A stretch of DNA of 64,000 nt, taken from the NCBI GenBank assembly GCA_963580245.1, contig CAUZJO010000001.1:67564-131563 (forward strand), written 5' to 3'. The notes beneath the pieces are model-generated. The model saw only the letters and a list, made by a program, of their open reading frames with translations. It made no database searches and was not told where the DNA came from. Below, in pieces: positions 48,439 to 58,650 of the stretch. The position numbers and the translations under genes were made by a program. Each line of letters begins with the position of its first letter. Position 1 is the first letter of the stretch. Source of the stretch: Candidatus Sumerlaeia bacterium. GTDB lineage: Bacteria; Sumerlaeota; Sumerlaeia; MVZB01.

Positions 48439-49425
48439 ATGAAATCCGAAACCGCGACCGACATCGATGACCTGTTGCTCAAGACCAGCCGGACTTTCGG
48501 CATCTCGATCCCGCGCTTGCCCCATCCGCTGCGTGATGAGATCACCCTGGCCTACCTCTTGTTTCGCATCGCCGACACCTTCGAGGACGCGACGCGATGG
48601 CCGATGCAAACCAAGATCAACGCCCTCGATGATTTCGCGCGGGCACTCCAAGGCGCCTCGGCCGAGCGCATCAGGGGATTGTCCGCCCGCTGGGTCGAGG
48701 CTCCCCCGTGTGACCATGAGGGATACATCGAGTTGCTCGCCCAGACCCCGTCGGTGGTGGAGCAGGCGCTGGGACTTCCGGACCCCTCTTGCCGGCGAAT
48801 CATCGCGCACACCCTACGTACCATCGACGGGATGAAAGTCTATGTGGCGCGCACGACGCCGGCGGGGCAGTTGCGACTTGAGGATATCGAAGACCTGCGC
48901 CGCTATTGCTACGTGGTGGCCGGGATCGTCGGCGAGATGCTGACCGATCTGTTCCTGCTTCACTGCGCTTCCCTGGGCAAGGTCGAGGGCGTCCTGAGAG
49001 AAAAGGCCAAACTGTTCGGCGAAGGGCTGCAACTGGTCAATATCCTCAAGGATTGCGCCGGCGACGCCGACGAGGGGCGTTTTTATATCCCCGAGACGGT
49101 CGGTCGGGGCCGCGTGTTCGCGCTGGCGCGCCACAGCCTGGAGGAGGCCGCCGATTACCTGCTCACGGCGCGCGAAAGCGGGGCGGCCCCCGGCATGCTT
49201 GCTTTTCTGGCCCTGCCGCTGTTCCTGGCCTGGGGGACGCTTGATAGGGTCGAGGCCGCCGGACCCGGCGCTAAACTCACCCGCCCCGAGGTCCTGCGCT
49301 TCATCGCGTGCGTCGATCAAGCCTTCGAAGCACCCGACGCCAACGTAACCATCGAATTCCTCCACGAACTCTGCCGGTCCGTGGTCCAGGCCGATCACGA
49401 CGGCGTCCGGTCTTCGCGGGCCTGA
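48439..49425 (+). CDS. Squalene/phytoene synthase family protein (head-to-head isoprenyl-diphosphate synthase, HpnC/HpnD/CrtB-like).
   Basis: Conserved blocks are SRTFGISI, LLFRIADTFEDA, YCYVVAGIVGEMLT and GEGLQLVNILKD. Confidence 0.75.
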   Translation: MKSETATDIDDLLLKTSRTFGISIPRLPHPLRDEITLAYLLFRIADTFEDATRWPMQTKINALDDFARALQGASAERIRGLSARWVEAPPCDHEGYIELLAQTPSVVEQALGLPDPSCRRIIAHTLRTIDGMKVYVARTTPAGQLRLEDIEDLRRYCYVVAGIVGEMLTDLFLLHCASLGKVEGVLREKAKLFGEGLQLVNILKDCAGDADEGRFYIPETVGRGRVFALARHSLEEAADYLLTARESGAAPGMLAFLALPLFLAWGTLDRVEAAGPGAKLTRPEVLRFIACVDQAFEAPDANVTIEFLHELCRSVVQADHDGVRSSRA

Positions 49426-49617
49426 TGTCGGCGCGGGGTCTCTTCCGAGCTTTTGCGAGCTGAGCCCTGGGACCGGGTCGGCCACCATGACCGGGAGTCC
49501 CTCCGCCCCCCGGCGTTTAGCGCTTTGGCGGGGCCGCTTGGAATGTTAGGATGGACGGCCATTGGGAAGCCCACGATCAGCCTGATGATTAGGCGCGGAA
49601 AGAAAGGTGAAGGGCTA

Positions 49618-50256
49618 ATGAGTCTGTTTCCATCGTCACCCCCACGAATCGACCATGAGGGCCTGGATGAACACCTGGCGACCCACGAGACTAATCCCCG
49701 CATCGCCGAGTTGACCCACCAGTTGCTTGCCGAAATCGGGGAGGACCCCGACCGTCAGGGCCTGGCGCGCACCCCCGTCCGCGTGGCCAAGACGTGGAAT
49801 GAACTGACCCGCGGTTACCGGACAAACCTCGAGGACCTCGTCAACGGGGCGATCTATGATGAGAAATACGACGAGATGGTCGCCGTCAAGAGCATCAATT
49901 TCTTCTCGCTCTGCGAACATCACCTGATTCCCTTTTTCGGCCGCTGCAACGTGGCCTACATTCCGAACGGGCGGGTGATCGGCCTATCCAAGATCCCGCG
50001 CATCGTCGAAATGTTCGCCCGACGCCTCCAGCTCCAGGAGCGCCTGACCGCCCAGATCGCCGAATCGATCGACGGCGTGCTGCGTCCCAAGGGCGTGGCG
50101 GTGGTCATGGAGGCCTATCACATGTGCATGATGATGCGCGGCGTCGAGAAGCAGGATAGCGTGACCACGACCAGCGAGATGCTGGGGGTCTTCAAGACCA
50201 ATCCCCAGACCCGCAACGAGTTTCTCAGCCTGATGTCGATGAAGCTGACCTCCTAA
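49618..50256 (+). CDS. folE: GTP cyclohydrolase I.
   Basis: Conserved blocks are [50 protein letters not shown] and [16 protein letters not shown]. The start is taken at the ATG at 49618, which has a GAAGGG Shine-Dalgarno. Confidence 0.88.
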   Translation: MSLFPSSPPRIDHEGLDEHLATHETNPRIAELTHQLLAEIGEDPDRQGLARTPVRVAKTWNELTRGYRTNLEDLVNGAIYDEKYDEMVAVKSINFFSLCEHHLIPFFGRCNVAYIPNGRVIGLSKIPRIVEMFARRLQLQERLTAQIAESIDGVLRPKGVAVVMEAYHMCMMMRGVEKQDSVTTTSEMLGVFKTNPQTRNEFLSLMSMKLTS

Positions 50257-50293
50257 CCGAACCGATTCCTGAACCGCGTCTGGGAGAACGATC

Positions 50294-51097
50294 ATGAAAG
50301 CGAAATCTCGATCGGGGCGATTCATGATGAAACGGCTCGCCGCCGTGACGTTGCTGGGGTTCCTATGGCTGGCGGCCGCCGTACCCCCCGCGACCGCTGG
50401 CCGTGTTGAAGGCATCAGTGATGGCGGCGGCCGAGGCGGCTCGTCCGGTGAGTCCTCGGGCGATCACGTGGGTCGGGCCGGCGGTGACGGCGAGGGCCGG
50501 AGTGCCGGGCGCGTGGGCCGCCACGAATTCAATCGCAACTACAACGACGCGGGGGACAGCGATGTCCGTCGCCGGGGCGATGAGCGGGGGGGCAACGCCG
50601 GGCGCGATCGCCGTCGCCGGGCCGGTGACGATTATGGCGGCCATGACCCCCACGGCGATCATCGCAGGTATCGGGATCGATATTACGGTTCCCACCCAGA
50701 CTATTATCCCCGCGCTTACCGTCATTATTACGGTCCCCCTTTCTATTACTATACCGACCGCCACGAGGACGACGCGCCCCTCGGGCGATCGAGCGCGAGT
50801 CACACAGTGGTCCCGCGCGACAGCCTGTGGCTCGAGGGCCGTTACGCATGGAGCCCCAAAGAGGACGTGCTCGAGGGTGAGTTCGTTGATGTTTTCCACC
50901 CCGCCGGCCACCGCCAACTCGAGGACGGAACGCTGGAGTTGCTTGAAGAGGAACGAACCACGCGCGAGCCGAAGGTCCGCATCATATTGACCAAGACCTG
51001 GATCGAGGGGCAGTACGACCCAGACTTTGCGCCTGCCCCCGATGCTGCTGACCCCGGGCCTTCGGATGACGCTCCCGGCCGGCGGGAGGAAGAGTAG
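50294..51097 (+). CDS. Secreted low-complexity protein, Arg/Asp/Gly-rich with a Tyr/Pro-rich block.
   Basis: The signal peptide is LAAVTLLGFLWLAAAVPPATA. RGD/GDR-type low-complexity sequence follows, then HRRYRDRYYGSHPDYYPRAYRHYYGPPFYYY. Confidence 0.5.
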   Translation: MKAKSRSGRFMMKRLAAVTLLGFLWLAAAVPPATAGRVEGISDGGGRGGSSGESSGDHVGRAGGDGEGRSAGRVGRHEFNRNYNDAGDSDVRRRGDERGGNAGRDRRRRAGDDYGGHDPHGDHRRYRDRYYGSHPDYYPRAYRHYYGPPFYYYTDRHEDDAPLGRSSASHTVVPRDSLWLEGRYAWSPKEDVLEGEFVDVFHPAGHRQLEDGTLELLEEERTTREPKVRIILTKTWIEGQYDPDFAPAPDAADPGPSDDAPGRREEE

Positions 51098-51376
51098 ATG
51101 GAACCGATCGCTCCCGAACTGCTCGAAATCCTCGTCTGCCCCGAATCGCACCAACCCGTTCGCCCGGTGCCAGCCGAGATCGTCAAGCGGCTGGCCGCGC
51201 TCCAGGCCGAGGGACGGCTCAAGAACCGTGTCGGCCAGCCGGTCACCGACGCCCTCCAGGCCGCCCTTGTCCGCGAAGACGGCCGCTACGCCTATCCGGT
51301 CACGGACGGCATCCCGGTGATGCTGATCGATGAAGCCCTACCCCTGGACCAGCTGGACACGCCCCCAGACCAATGA
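51098..51376 (+). CDS. Trm112-family protein (YcaR-like).
   Basis: It is 92 aa. LEILVCPES … YPVTDGIPVMLIDEA is the Trm112p signature. Confidence 0.75.
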   Translation: MEPIAPELLEILVCPESHQPVRPVPAEIVKRLAALQAEGRLKNRVGQPVTDALQAALVREDGRYAYPVTDGIPVMLIDEALPLDQLDTPPDQ

Positions 51377-51452
51377 TCGCATCACAACGCAGAGCTGCTC
51401 CGGCCGTTCGCGCGGCAATATCCCCCGCGCGCGGGCTTGGCCGAGACAGCCG

Positions 51453-52373
51453 ATGAGCGCCGTGCGATTCTCCGTCGTCATCCCGGTCCGCAACCGCCCC
51501 GCCGAAATACGCCGCTGCGTATGGGGCGTGCGGACATGCGAGTATCCGGAAGACCGCTACGAGATTATCGTCGTCGACAACGGCTCGACCGACCGCACCG
51601 CCACCGAGGCCGAGCGCGCCGGGGCCTGGGTCGTCCGCGAGCCGGTCGCCAACCGCTGCCGGGCGCGCAACCTGGGCGTGGCCGCCGCCCGCGGCCGCTG
51701 GATCGTTTTCCTCGACAGCGATTGCGTCCCCGCGCGTGGCTGGTTGGCCGCCCTTGGACGGGCCGTCGAGGCGGTGGAATCGGACGGTGCCGGCGACCGC
51801 ATCGCGGCGCTGGCCGGCCCGGTGCGGCCCGCGCCCCCCACCACGACCGTCGAGGCCTACATCGCCCGACGCCGTTGGATCGATCAGGAGAAATTCCTGG
51901 CCGAAGGCCGCCGTTACTCTCCCCCCTTCGCCGCCACCGCGAACCTGACCGTCCGCCGCGACCTCTATCGGGGCCTGGGGGGGCTCGATCCAGACCTGGC
52001 GACCGCGGGCGAGGACGCGGATTTCTGCTGGCGGCTGGCCGGGGAGGGTTGGCGGCTCCGATACGTCCCCGAAGCCGAGGTCACCCACCACCACCGGGCC
52101 ACGCTGGGCGGCCTGTGGTGTCAGGCCTATCATTACGGGATCGGCAACGCCGAGCTGTTCGCCAAATGGCGCCGCCAGTGGGGGGCTTGCTGCTGGATCG
52201 AACCGTCGCACTATATTTGGGCGTTGAAAGCCTCTCTAAAAACCCCGATCCAATCTTGGCGGGGAGGCAACCCGCTGGATCGCCAAACCCCGCTCTACGA
52301 TGCGATGTCCAATGTAGCAATGGCTCTGGGTCGCGCCGTGGGTGGGATGCGCAGGGGGGTTTTGGTCCTGTAA
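51453..52373 (+). CDS. Family 2 glycosyltransferase.
   Basis: Signatures are FSVVIPVRNR, IIVVDNGSTDRT and FLDSDCVP (DxD). The start is taken at the ATG at 51453. The ORF-track start at 51330 overlaps the Trm112-family gene. Confidence 0.75.
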   Translation: MSAVRFSVVIPVRNRPAEIRRCVWGVRTCEYPEDRYEIIVVDNGSTDRTATEAERAGAWVVREPVANRCRARNLGVAAARGRWIVFLDSDCVPARGWLAALGRAVEAVESDGAGDRIAALAGPVRPAPPTTTVEAYIARRRWIDQEKFLAEGRRYSPPFAATANLTVRRDLYRGLGGLDPDLATAGEDADFCWRLAGEGWRLRYVPEAEVTHHHRATLGGLWCQAYHYGIGNAELFAKWRRQWGACCWIEPSHYIWALKASLKTPIQSWRGGNPLDRQTPLYDAMSNVAMALGRAVGGMRRGVLVL

Positions 52374-52756
52374 GGGGTCACGGACGGCAAGGCTCGATAA
52401 AAATGAGAGACCCGCGCATCTCAAATTGACGGGCGAGGACGACATCTTGTCCCGACCTGAGGGTGCTTTTCCGCCAAGAGGATGTGCGGATTTCCGCACA
52501 AATCGCAAAATGAAACACCCACTGCCGCACAACATTGTGCATGGACAACCGAACGGGGAGGATTTTTTCGTTCGCGAGTAATAGTCTAAGGATTCAGGCG
52601 TTCTAGCGACTAAAGGACTGGGATGTCAGTTGTTAGGCCGCCCGTGGCCCAACGGCGAAAGATCCCGATCCCCCTTCGGTCTGAGGGCCGAACGGCGAGA
52701 TCCACTCAAGATTCCAAGGACGGCCTTCGCAATTGGCCCGCTTTTAGCTCTAAACC

Positions 52757-55273
52757 GTGCTTAGCATAGATGGCCGACCTGAACTGGCGTTGATGACAAT
52801 GAAGAACTTGGCTGCTCATCCCATGGGTGATGTTACAGACAGAAGCGCATTCGGGCGGCCGCTCCTCGTCGCGATTCTTGTGTTAGCGCTCTTTCAGGCG
52901 GCCGGGACGCCCGCCATGGCGCAGCCCGCCGCTCCCGGCGAGGACGACGCGCATGCTCGCGGTCGGCTGATCACCGACGTCAATTCGATCCAACCGGGCC
53001 AGCCTTTCCACCTCGGTTTTCTGTTCGATATGGACCCCGGCTGGCACATCTATTGGGCCAACAGCGGTGACGCGGGTTTGCCCACCAGCATCGCCTGGGA
53101 GTTGCCCGAGGGCTTTAGTGCCGGGCCGATCCAGTGGCCGGTGCCCGAGCGGATCGAGGCGGGCGGGCTGATCACCTATGGCTATCACGGTAAGGTTTTA
53201 CTTTTCGCCACGATCACCCCGCCTGGCGAGGGGTCGGTGGCTTCGGGGCCTCTCGGATTCAGTGCTAGGTCCGACTGGCTGGTCTGCGAGGAGATCTGCG
53301 TCCCGGGCGATGCGGCGGGCAACCTGCGGCTCGCTTTCGGCGACGGTGCCCCTTCGGTCGAGGCGCCGATCTTTCAGAAATTCGCTGGCCGGCTCCCCCA
53401 GCGCACGCTTTTCGATTCGGGCAAGGTCGATCTCGAAGAAGCGGATTGGCCGCTGGGCGTCCACGCGCGCGTGGACGATCCCAGGCCCGTTCCCGGCGAG
53501 CCGACCCAATGGACCCTCGAGTTCGCTCCGCGCTCGCCCTGGCGGATTGACGTTGCCGCGAAAGGCGACCAGGCGGCGGGCGTTTTCCCTCTGGTCCCCA
53601 CCAAGTGGAAGGCCGGTCACGCCGAGGCCGTTCAGACCGCGCCGGAGAGCATCGTTTTCAGTTGGTCGCCCCAGCCGCGGGCAAGAGCCAAGCCCACGGA
53701 GGCATATGCGGACGTGCAGGACTTGGACTCCTCCATGCTGCTACAGGCCGTGGTCCGGCTCCCTCTGATCAACCCCCAGACCAACGAGCGCAAGTTGTCG
53801 TTGTTCACGGTGGCAAGGGCCGCCGAGGTGGCCTCGCCCGGCCAGACGGCGGCCGGCGGCGCACCGGCACCGACGACGAAGGTTGAGCAACCGACCGAGC
53901 CTGCTCCCGCCGGGTCCGCCCCCGATCAACAGGCCGAGGCCGCGCCCGGACTGAGCTTCCTCGGTGAATCAGAGGCGGTGTTGCCCTTGTGGCTGATGCT
54001 GATCTACGCCTTCATCGGCGGCGTGATCCTGAACATCATGCCGTGCGTATTGCCGGTCGTCTCGCTCAAGGTTTTGGGGTTCGTCCGCCAGTCGGGCGAG
54101 CATCCGCGCCGCGTGCTGCTGCTGGGATTGACGTACGCCGCCGGAGTCCTGGTTTCGTTCCTCGTGCTGGCGTTGGCCGTGATCGGGGTGCAGACTGCCG
54201 GATCACAGGTGGGTTGGGGTTTCCAAATGCAGGAACCGCGATTTGTCATCGTGATGGCGACGATCGTGCTGGTTTTCGGCTTGAGCCTGTTTGGCGTGTT
54301 TACGATCGATCTACCAGGGTCCGCGGCGTCGGGGATGGGGGCCGCCGCGCGAAGCGAAGGATTCGGCGGGTCATTCTTCAACGGCGTGCTGGCCACCGCA
54401 TTGGCCACCCCTTGCACGGCCCCGTTCCTTGGCGTGGCGTTGGGGTTCGCCTTCTCGCAGTCATCCGGCGTCGTTGTGTTGTTCTTCTTAACGATCGGCG
54501 CGGGGCTTGCGGTGCCCTATGTGCTGCTTGCCATCAAGCCCGCATGGCTGCGCGCGCTCCCGAAACCGGGTCCCTGGATGGAGACGTTCAAGCAACTAAT
54601 GGGGTTCCTCTTACTGGCGACGCTGGTATGGCTGTTGCACGTGCTGGGTCAGCTCGTGGACGCCGCCGGGTTGACCTGGACTCTGGCCTACTTGGTGGCG
54701 GTCGGCTTCGGCTGCTGGATCGTGGGCAAGGGGCTTTACATGCGGGCCGGTCGGCGACGTATGGCATGGGTCTCCGCGTTGCTGCTGGTCGCGATTGGCT
54801 ACGCCATTTTTCCCGGACGCTACCTGAAAGGCTTCGAGCGACGGATCAGCCAGCAGGTTGAAACCGGCACGGCCCAGACTGCTTTGGCGAGCCATGGCCT
54901 GATTCAGTGGGAACCCTTCTCGGTGGATCGAATCGAACAACTCGTGGACGACGGGCGGACCGTCTTTGTTGATTTCACGGCCGAGTGGTGCATTACGTGT
55001 AAGTTTAATGAGAGCACCGTTTTGGAGACCGAACGGATCCGAGAAGCTTTTGAAGCGCACGAAGTCGTCCCCCTGAAGGCGGACTGGACTAGCCGAGATG
55101 AATCAATCGGCGCCGTCCTGCGCCAGTTCGGCCGTAGCGGCGTTCCGCTTTACGTGATCTTTCCGGCCGGGCGCGCTTCGGATCCAATCGTCCTCCCCAC
55201 ATTGATTACGGCGGGGATGATTGAGGAAAACCTGAAGGAGGCCGACGCGCGGACGATCGCGGCTTCACGCTAG
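52757..55273 (+). CDS. dsbD: Thiol:disulfide interchange protein DsbD (protein-disulfide reductase).
   Basis: The N-terminal DsbD-alpha domain carries CEEICVPG. The central multi-TM DsbD-beta domain carries the IMPCVLPVVSL cysteine helix. The C-terminal thioredoxin domain carries WCITCK. The signal-peptide start is ambiguous (52757 or 52793). Confidence 0.85.
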   Translation: MLSIDGRPELALMTMKNLAAHPMGDVTDRSAFGRPLLVAILVLALFQAAGTPAMAQPAAPGEDDAHARGRLITDVNSIQPGQPFHLGFLFDMDPGWHIYWANSGDAGLPTSIAWELPEGFSAGPIQWPVPERIEAGGLITYGYHGKVLLFATITPPGEGSVASGPLGFSARSDWLVCEEICVPGDAAGNLRLAFGDGAPSVEAPIFQKFAGRLPQRTLFDSGKVDLEEADWPLGVHARVDDPRPVPGEPTQWTLEFAPRSPWRIDVAAKGDQAAGVFPLVPTKWKAGHAEAVQTAPESIVFSWSPQPRARAKPTEAYADVQDLDSSMLLQAVVRLPLINPQTNERKLSLFTVARAAEVASPGQTAAGGAPAPTTKVEQPTEPAPAGSAPDQQAEAAPGLSFLGESEAVLPLWLMLIYAFIGGVILNIMPCVLPVVSLKVLGFVRQSGEHPRRVLLLGLTYAAGVLVSFLVLALAVIGVQTAGSQVGWGFQMQEPRFVIVMATIVLVFGLSLFGVFTIDLPGSAASGMGAAARSEGFGGSFFNGVLATALATPCTAPFLGVALGFAFSQSSGVVVLFFLTIGAGLAVPYVLLAIKPAWLRALPKPGPWMETFKQLMGFLLLATLVWLLHVLGQLVDAAGLTWTLAYLVAVGFGCWIVGKGLYMRAGRRRMAWVSALLLVAIGYAIFPGRYLKGFERRISQQVETGTAQTALASHGLIQWEPFSVDRIEQLVDDGRTVFVDFTAEWCITCKFNESTVLETERIREAFEAHEVVPLKADWTSRDESIGAVLRQFGRSGVPLYVIFPAGRASDPIVLPTLITAGMIEENLKEADARTIAASR

Positions 55274-55396
55274 GCGGCGTCGCGTAAACGAGTCGTGTAG
55301 GAAAGTTTCCTCCCGTGCGTTTTAACAAGGGGAGGCAGGGGACAGGTTAAGCGCCCGTCCACCATTTCAGTCGATTCAAAAGAAGGAGGATTTCAG

Positions 55397-56020
55397 ATGC
55401 AATTCGGTACGAAACTCGCTCTAGGGCTATTGGCCCTGTTCGTGTTGGTCGCCGGCACCGCTTACGCGGGGATTGATTCGGACAAGAAAGTCAAACTTGG
55501 CGAGCCGGCCGTCGACTTTACGCTCAATGACTCCGAGGGCAAGCAGCACAGCCTTTCCGACTTCAAGGGCAAGACGGTGGTGTTGGTCTGGACGAACCCG
55601 GACTGCCCATACGTGGTTCCGCACTGCCAATCGCGCACGCTTGATGCGATCGACGCGAAGTTCGATGATGAGAAGGTGGCGATTCTCCAGATCGATAGCA
55701 CCGACACCGGCTCGGTCGAACGCACCAAGAAGACGGCGCAAAAGTATGAGTTGGAAGTCATGACGCTGCATGACTTCGACGGCAAGGTGGGGCGGACCTA
55801 CGGTGCCAAGACGACCCCCCATTGCTTCGTGATCGACGCCGAGGGCAAACTCGTTTATGAAGGCGCCCTCGACAACGCGCCGCGTGGGCAAATCAGGGGC
55901 GATGACACGAAAAAGGTCAATTACGTCGAGGCCGCGCTCAACGACGTGATGGCGGGCCGCGCACCGGCCATCCAATCGACGACGCCTTACGGCTGCGGCG
56001 TCAAATATGCCAAGAAGTAA
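55397..56020 (+). CDS. Secreted thioredoxin-fold protein (redoxin/AhpC-TSA/TlpA-like).
   Basis: A signal peptide is present. GKTVVLVWTNPDCPYVVPHC … AKTTPHCFVID is thioredoxin-fold-like, but the CxxC is atypical. Confidence 0.5.
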   Translation: MQFGTKLALGLLALFVLVAGTAYAGIDSDKKVKLGEPAVDFTLNDSEGKQHSLSDFKGKTVVLVWTNPDCPYVVPHCQSRTLDAIDAKFDDEKVAILQIDSTDTGSVERTKKTAQKYELEVMTLHDFDGKVGRTYGAKTTPHCFVIDAEGKLVYEGALDNAPRGQIRGDDTKKVNYVEAALNDVMAGRAPAIQSTTPYGCGVKYAKK

Positions 56021-56417
56021 GGAGCTTTTGCGGGACGCAACACACCCGTAAGTTTTGTCCCGGGCCGACCATCCCTTATATGGTTGACGTCCCGGCAAAA
56101 ACAGCCTGCAGGCAGCGGTCCGGTCTGCTCAATTCGGTTATCCCTCTTCCCTTCCCCCCTCCCATCTAAGCCAGTGGGGTAATCGAACAGGCCGGACCGC
56201 AGGATTTACCCGGCGCGGTGACCGCCCCAACGAACGGGCGGTCGCCGCGCCGATCTTTTTATTATAGCACTTATCCCCATTATGCCAGCGGATCGCACGT
56301 TTTTATTTGGCTGGGTTTCTCGCCTGGCGCGGAGGCGCCGTGCCGTCTTAGCATCCTGGGAGAGAGTCGGCCTCCCGAGCACCGCCGGCGTGACGGTCCG
56401 CATTCCCGCAAGAGCCC

Positions 56418-57641
56418 ATGGGATCACCCCATCCACAGCCTCCACAGCATGACGGGCCAGGGTCCGCGCCCCGGTCGATTCTGCACGTCGATATGGACGC
56501 CTTTTTCGCCGCCGTCGAGATGCTCGATCGGCCCGAGCTGCGAGGCAAGGCGATCATCGTGGGTGGGCTGCCCGAGGAGCGGGGCGTGGTGGCGACGGCC
56601 TCCTACGAGGCGCGGCAATTCGGCGTGCACAGCGCGATGAGTTCGCACCAGGCGTACCGGCTCTGCCCCCGCGCGATTTTCGTCAAGCCGCGCGGCACCC
56701 GCTACGCCGAGATCTCGCGCCAAGTATTCCAGATCTTCGAGGATTTCACGCCGATCACGGAGAAGGTCTCGATCGACGAAGCGTTCCTGGACGTGACGGG
56801 GAGCTTTGGGCTGTTTGGTTCGCCCGAGGCGATCGGGCACGAGATCAAGCGACGGATCCTCGAGGAATTGGGTTTGGTGGCCTCGGTCGGCGTGGCGCCG
56901 AACAAGTTCCTGGCCAAGCTGGCCAGCGACCTGGAGAAGCCCGACGGGTTCGTCGTCATCCGCGCCGGAGAGGCCAAGGTCCTCTTGGCCGGCCTGCCGA
57001 TCGGCAAGCTGTGGGGCGTGGGCAAGGTCACGCGCGGCAAACTGGAGCGACTGGGCATTCGGCGCATCGGCGACCTGCGGGCGATCCCGCCTCAGGACCT
57101 GGAACGTCATCTCGGCTCGCAGGCGCGGACCCTGCTCGACCTGGCCCGGGGGATCGACGATCGGCCGGTGGTGGTGGATGCGGAGGCCAAATCGATCGGC
57201 GCGGAAACGACCTTCGTGCGTGATATCGCGGGCCGTCGGCAGCTTCACGAACACCTCGACCGCCTGGTTGAGCGAGTCGCCCGGCGGCTGCGCGACAAGG
57301 GCCGGCGCGCGCGAACGATCCACCTCAAGGCCCGCTACGCCGATTTCACGACCGTCACGCGGGCACACACGCTCCCCAGTCCCACCGCCCTCACCTCGGT
57401 CATCCGCGACACCGCGCGCGAACTCCTGGACCGCAAGCTGGGCCGGGCCGACCGGCCGCTGCGCCTGCTGGGGGTCTCGGCGAGCAACCTGAAGCGGGCC
57501 GACGAGGGGCAACTCGAACTGTTTCCCGATGGACGGGAAGAGAAGGCCGAACGGGTTGACCATCTGATCGATGATCTGCAGGACAAGTACGGCGAGCAAA
57601 AGATTCATCGCGGCAAGGGGTCGAGAGATCGAACGGCTTGA
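56418..57641 (+). CDS. dinB: DNA polymerase IV (Y-family).
   Basis: Matches are ILHVDMDAFFAAVE, SYEARQFGVHSAMS and SIDEAFLDVTG. A little-finger domain follows. The 20-aa N-terminal lead is not conserved. Confidence 0.88.
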   Translation: MGSPHPQPPQHDGPGSAPRSILHVDMDAFFAAVEMLDRPELRGKAIIVGGLPEERGVVATASYEARQFGVHSAMSSHQAYRLCPRAIFVKPRGTRYAEISRQVFQIFEDFTPITEKVSIDEAFLDVTGSFGLFGSPEAIGHEIKRRILEELGLVASVGVAPNKFLAKLASDLEKPDGFVVIRAGEAKVLLAGLPIGKLWGVGKVTRGKLERLGIRRIGDLRAIPPQDLERHLGSQARTLLDLARGIDDRPVVVDAEAKSIGAETTFVRDIAGRRQLHEHLDRLVERVARRLRDKGRRARTIHLKARYADFTTVTRAHTLPSPTALTSVIRDTARELLDRKLGRADRPLRLLGVSASNLKRADEGQLELFPDGREEKAERVDHLIDDLQDKYGEQKIHRGKGSRDRTA

Positions 57642-57855
57642 GGAGACGCCCGCTTTTCATAACCGTCCCTTCAACTATCCCGCTCTTGAATCAATCCGAG
57701 TTTTGTTTGAGAGTACTCGGGGGCGCGCAAGTGGACATTCATATTGCGGCCGGCATCATTGCCACCATATGATGAAAGTGGGTTGGATGATGGTCAAATA
57801 GGCTGATGCGAACTTCGATCATCAGCCAGCGACCGCGAATAATTTGGAGTCCGTC

Positions 57856-58083
57856 GTGTTTGAACGAGAAACTCAGACCTATCAGGACCACTTGGAAAAG
57901 TTGCTCGCCAAGGAGGGTAAATATGTCTTGATCAAGGGCGAAGATATTATCGATACGTTCGATACATACAAAGATGCCCTCAAGGTTGCGTATGACCGTT
58001 TCGGACTGGAGAGCGACTTCCTCGTCAAACAGATCAGCGCCAGCGAGCAGATCGTTCATTTTAGTCGTGATATTCAGTCCTGA
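57856..58083 (+). CDS. Small protein of unknown function (~75 aa), the first gene of a lower-GC two-gene cassette.
   Basis: The GTG at 57856 has a GGAG Shine-Dalgarno 6 nt upstream; the ORF-track TTG at 57844 is the alternative. It has an alpha/beta-like pattern (…EGKYVLIKGEDIIDTFDTYKDALKVAYDRFG…). Its stop overlaps the next start (TGATG). Confidence 0.5.
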   Translation: MFERETQTYQDHLEKLLAKEGKYVLIKGEDIIDTFDTYKDALKVAYDRFGLESDFLVKQISASEQIVHFSRDIQS

Positions 58084-58526
58084 TGCCCCACATGACCGAT
58101 AAATTGTCCCGCTTGGGTGCCATTGCGGACTTTGAGATTTCCGTTAGTAGGCCAAGACGGGATGCCCTCGTCAGGGCGGGTAAACCGCTGCCCACGGGGC
58201 ACGTGATCCGAGGTCTGATCGATACGGGAGCCAGTCGAACATGCGTTGATTCGTGCGTACTTGCGGACCTTGATCTCAAACCGACGGGTGTGGTCTCCAT
58301 CCGAACGCCGTCCACCGGTAAGTCGGCGCACCAGGCGAAGGAATTCGACGTGAGCATTACGTTGCTCCATCCCAAGGCGTCAAGCAATATTCTTACGTTA
58401 CCGGTCATCGAATCGGACTTGGATGATGGGGCCTATGGCTACCAGGTGCTTGTGGGGCGTGATATTCTCGGTATGTGCTTGTTTATCTACGATGGCCCCT
58501 CAGCGAGTTTTACTCTGTCCTTCTGA
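58083..58526 (+). CDS. Retropepsin-like clan AA aspartic protease (bacterial DTGA-type, 147 aa).
   Basis: The active-site motif is GLIDTGASRTCVD, with a C-terminal VLVGRDIL block. It is translationally coupled to the upstream small ORF. The local GC of ~50% contrasts with ~63% for the window. Confidence 0.7.
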   Translation: MPHMTDKLSRLGAIADFEISVSRPRRDALVRAGKPLPTGHVIRGLIDTGASRTCVDSCVLADLDLKPTGVVSIRTPSTGKSAHQAKEFDVSITLLHPKASSNILTLPVIESDLDDGAYGYQVLVGRDILGMCLFIYDGPSASFTLSF

Positions 58527-58650
58527 CCTCAGTCTCTCCCATCCAGAACCCGCCGCGACGAATGAGCCTATTGCGCTCTTGGGGTGTTCTTTCTATGGTG
58601 TGGGTCGCTGGAAAGACCCCATGGTGGGGTATATTCGTGAAGGGACCGAA

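Noticed and set aside
49426-49617. Possible riboswitch (THF or preQ1) upstream of folE.
   Set aside because: There is no match to the conserved cores of those riboswitch classes by eye. The region also overlaps an alternative long N-terminal extension. This cannot be confirmed without a covariance-model scan.
56021-56417. LexA/SOS box upstream of dinB.
   Set aside because: No convincing CTGT-N8-ACAG or GAAC-N4-GTTC palindrome is found. The lineage-specific LexA motif is unknown, so it was left uncalled.
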